Of a stretch of DNA of 64,000 nt, positions 63,097 through 64,000 are shown one piece after another. This DNA comes from Klebsormidium nitens. Its lineage: Eukaryota > Plantae > Klebsormidiophyceae. The position numbers and the translations under genes were made by a program. The stretch lies in the NCBI GenBank assembly GCA_000708835.1, contig DF237163.1, positions 76,549-140,548 of the forward strand, read 5' to 3'. Below the pieces are notes generated by a model. It did not search any database. It worked only from the letters and a program-made list of their open reading frames with translations, and was not told the DNA's origin. The first letter of the stretch is position 1. Each line of letters opens with the position of its first letter.

Positions 63097-63653
63097 GTAC
63101 CCGCGTGCAGGCATAGCAGTGACTTGTGCCGATCGGATCATTGGCAGTGAGCCTGGCCGCTTTTGCAAGTGCGCCAGCGCTCGTGCGCGCGTATCAAAGG
63201 GGTACGGACTCCAGAGTCTGGACCGGCCTGTCCTTGTTTACCCTGTGCCCGGTATGGTACCGTGTAGCGGCTCGTGAGCTGTTATTACCGTACAAAAGTA
63301 CCGCGGTACGTACCTATGTTCTTAGGTAGATACTCACAAAGCTTGCGCACACAGCGTGCGTCCAATCATTATCCTACAGTTTACGGTGATCCAAGATCCG
63401 TGATCCATGTGGTGACGCCGATCACCATTTGCAGCGACCGCCTTCCCGGTTCATGGCGGACTTTGAAGACCGCTTTGAAGTCGCTCGAGCGGCGGGTTAC
63501 GGTGTCACGGACCCGACGATGTCGGCACTGGTACTTTGGGCAAATTAATTCATGCGTGATAGTACCTGAACCGCACGTACCGGTGCATATCTTTTGACGT
63601 AGGTAGGTACCTAGAATGCAATTGCCAATGCGTACTGTGATTGGCAGAGCCTG
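63097..63653. other. GTAC-dense segment with short direct and inverted repeats (regulatory cluster or degenerate element)
   Basis: 12 GTAC in 539 bp. ATTGGCAG(TG)AGCCTG occurs at 63140 and 63640. Imperfect inverted pair at about 63287-63313 and 63572-63600. Confidence 0.45.
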
Positions 63654-64000
63654 AGAAACATCGAGCATGTCAAGACCAAGTCATGCTGGAAGTATCTCAT
63701 CCCGGATTGACAGGTCGAGATAACCTGTCACACCTCTTTCAGCATCACTATCAATCGATATGTGACTCACGTGATTTCGAATTGCACAACATTGAATGGA
63801 CCATGACTTGGAGTGGGTCACAGAGCCTTCAAAGCTCCGCTCTCATTTACTCATAGCTTCAGTGCAATCATGAAATGGGTGGCAGAAAAGCTTAACAACA
63901 CTCGAGCTTACTTCTCTGCTCACATCAATTCTACTAAGTTTAGTCAAAACAAGCAGCTAAGTCCCTGATTTTGAAGCGATTGACGAAATTTGCAGGCAAT

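Noticed and set aside
1-64000. tRNA, rRNA, CRISPR arrays, intact transposase or reverse transcriptase ORFs
   Set aside because: GTTCGA hits lack cloverleaf context, there are no regularly spaced repeat-spacer arrays, and I recognised no RT, integrase, DDE or HUH motifs by eye.

Overview
Eukaryotic, intron-rich nuclear DNA at roughly 50% GC. The ORF track shows only exon fragments, so I rebuilt genes by hand from GT-AG boundaries and reading-frame continuity. The window holds both an LHCA5-like antenna gene and the ciliary gene ARMC9. That points to a flagellated streptophyte, and intron size and GC content fit a Klebsormidium-like charophyte alga (inference). Eight multi-exon genes are supported: an FAD-dependent monooxygenase (+, 11514-16907), a PAP2 lipid phosphate phosphatase (-, about 20303-26211), an AAC4-like protein of unknown function (+, 27686-30766), an unknown coiled-coil protein with KEN and D boxes (-, 31733-35737), a GT34 glycosyltransferase (+, 36566-39805), a large Bbox1-Bbox2-coiled-coil-IQ protein with an apparently inactive alpha/beta-hydrolase-like domain (+, 41597-48464), LHCA5 (-, 49942-53010) and ARMC9 (+, 54046-62183, with a GC-AG first intron). 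Non-coding features include a MITE-like intronic element, a dense GTAC cluster, a CATGCA-rich tract and small tandem repeats. I could not assign positions about 2.3-10.5 kb and 17-20 kb. I found no tRNA, rRNA, CRISPR array or intact transposase. No complete new multi-gene system is evident; the best novelty candidates are single-protein architectures.
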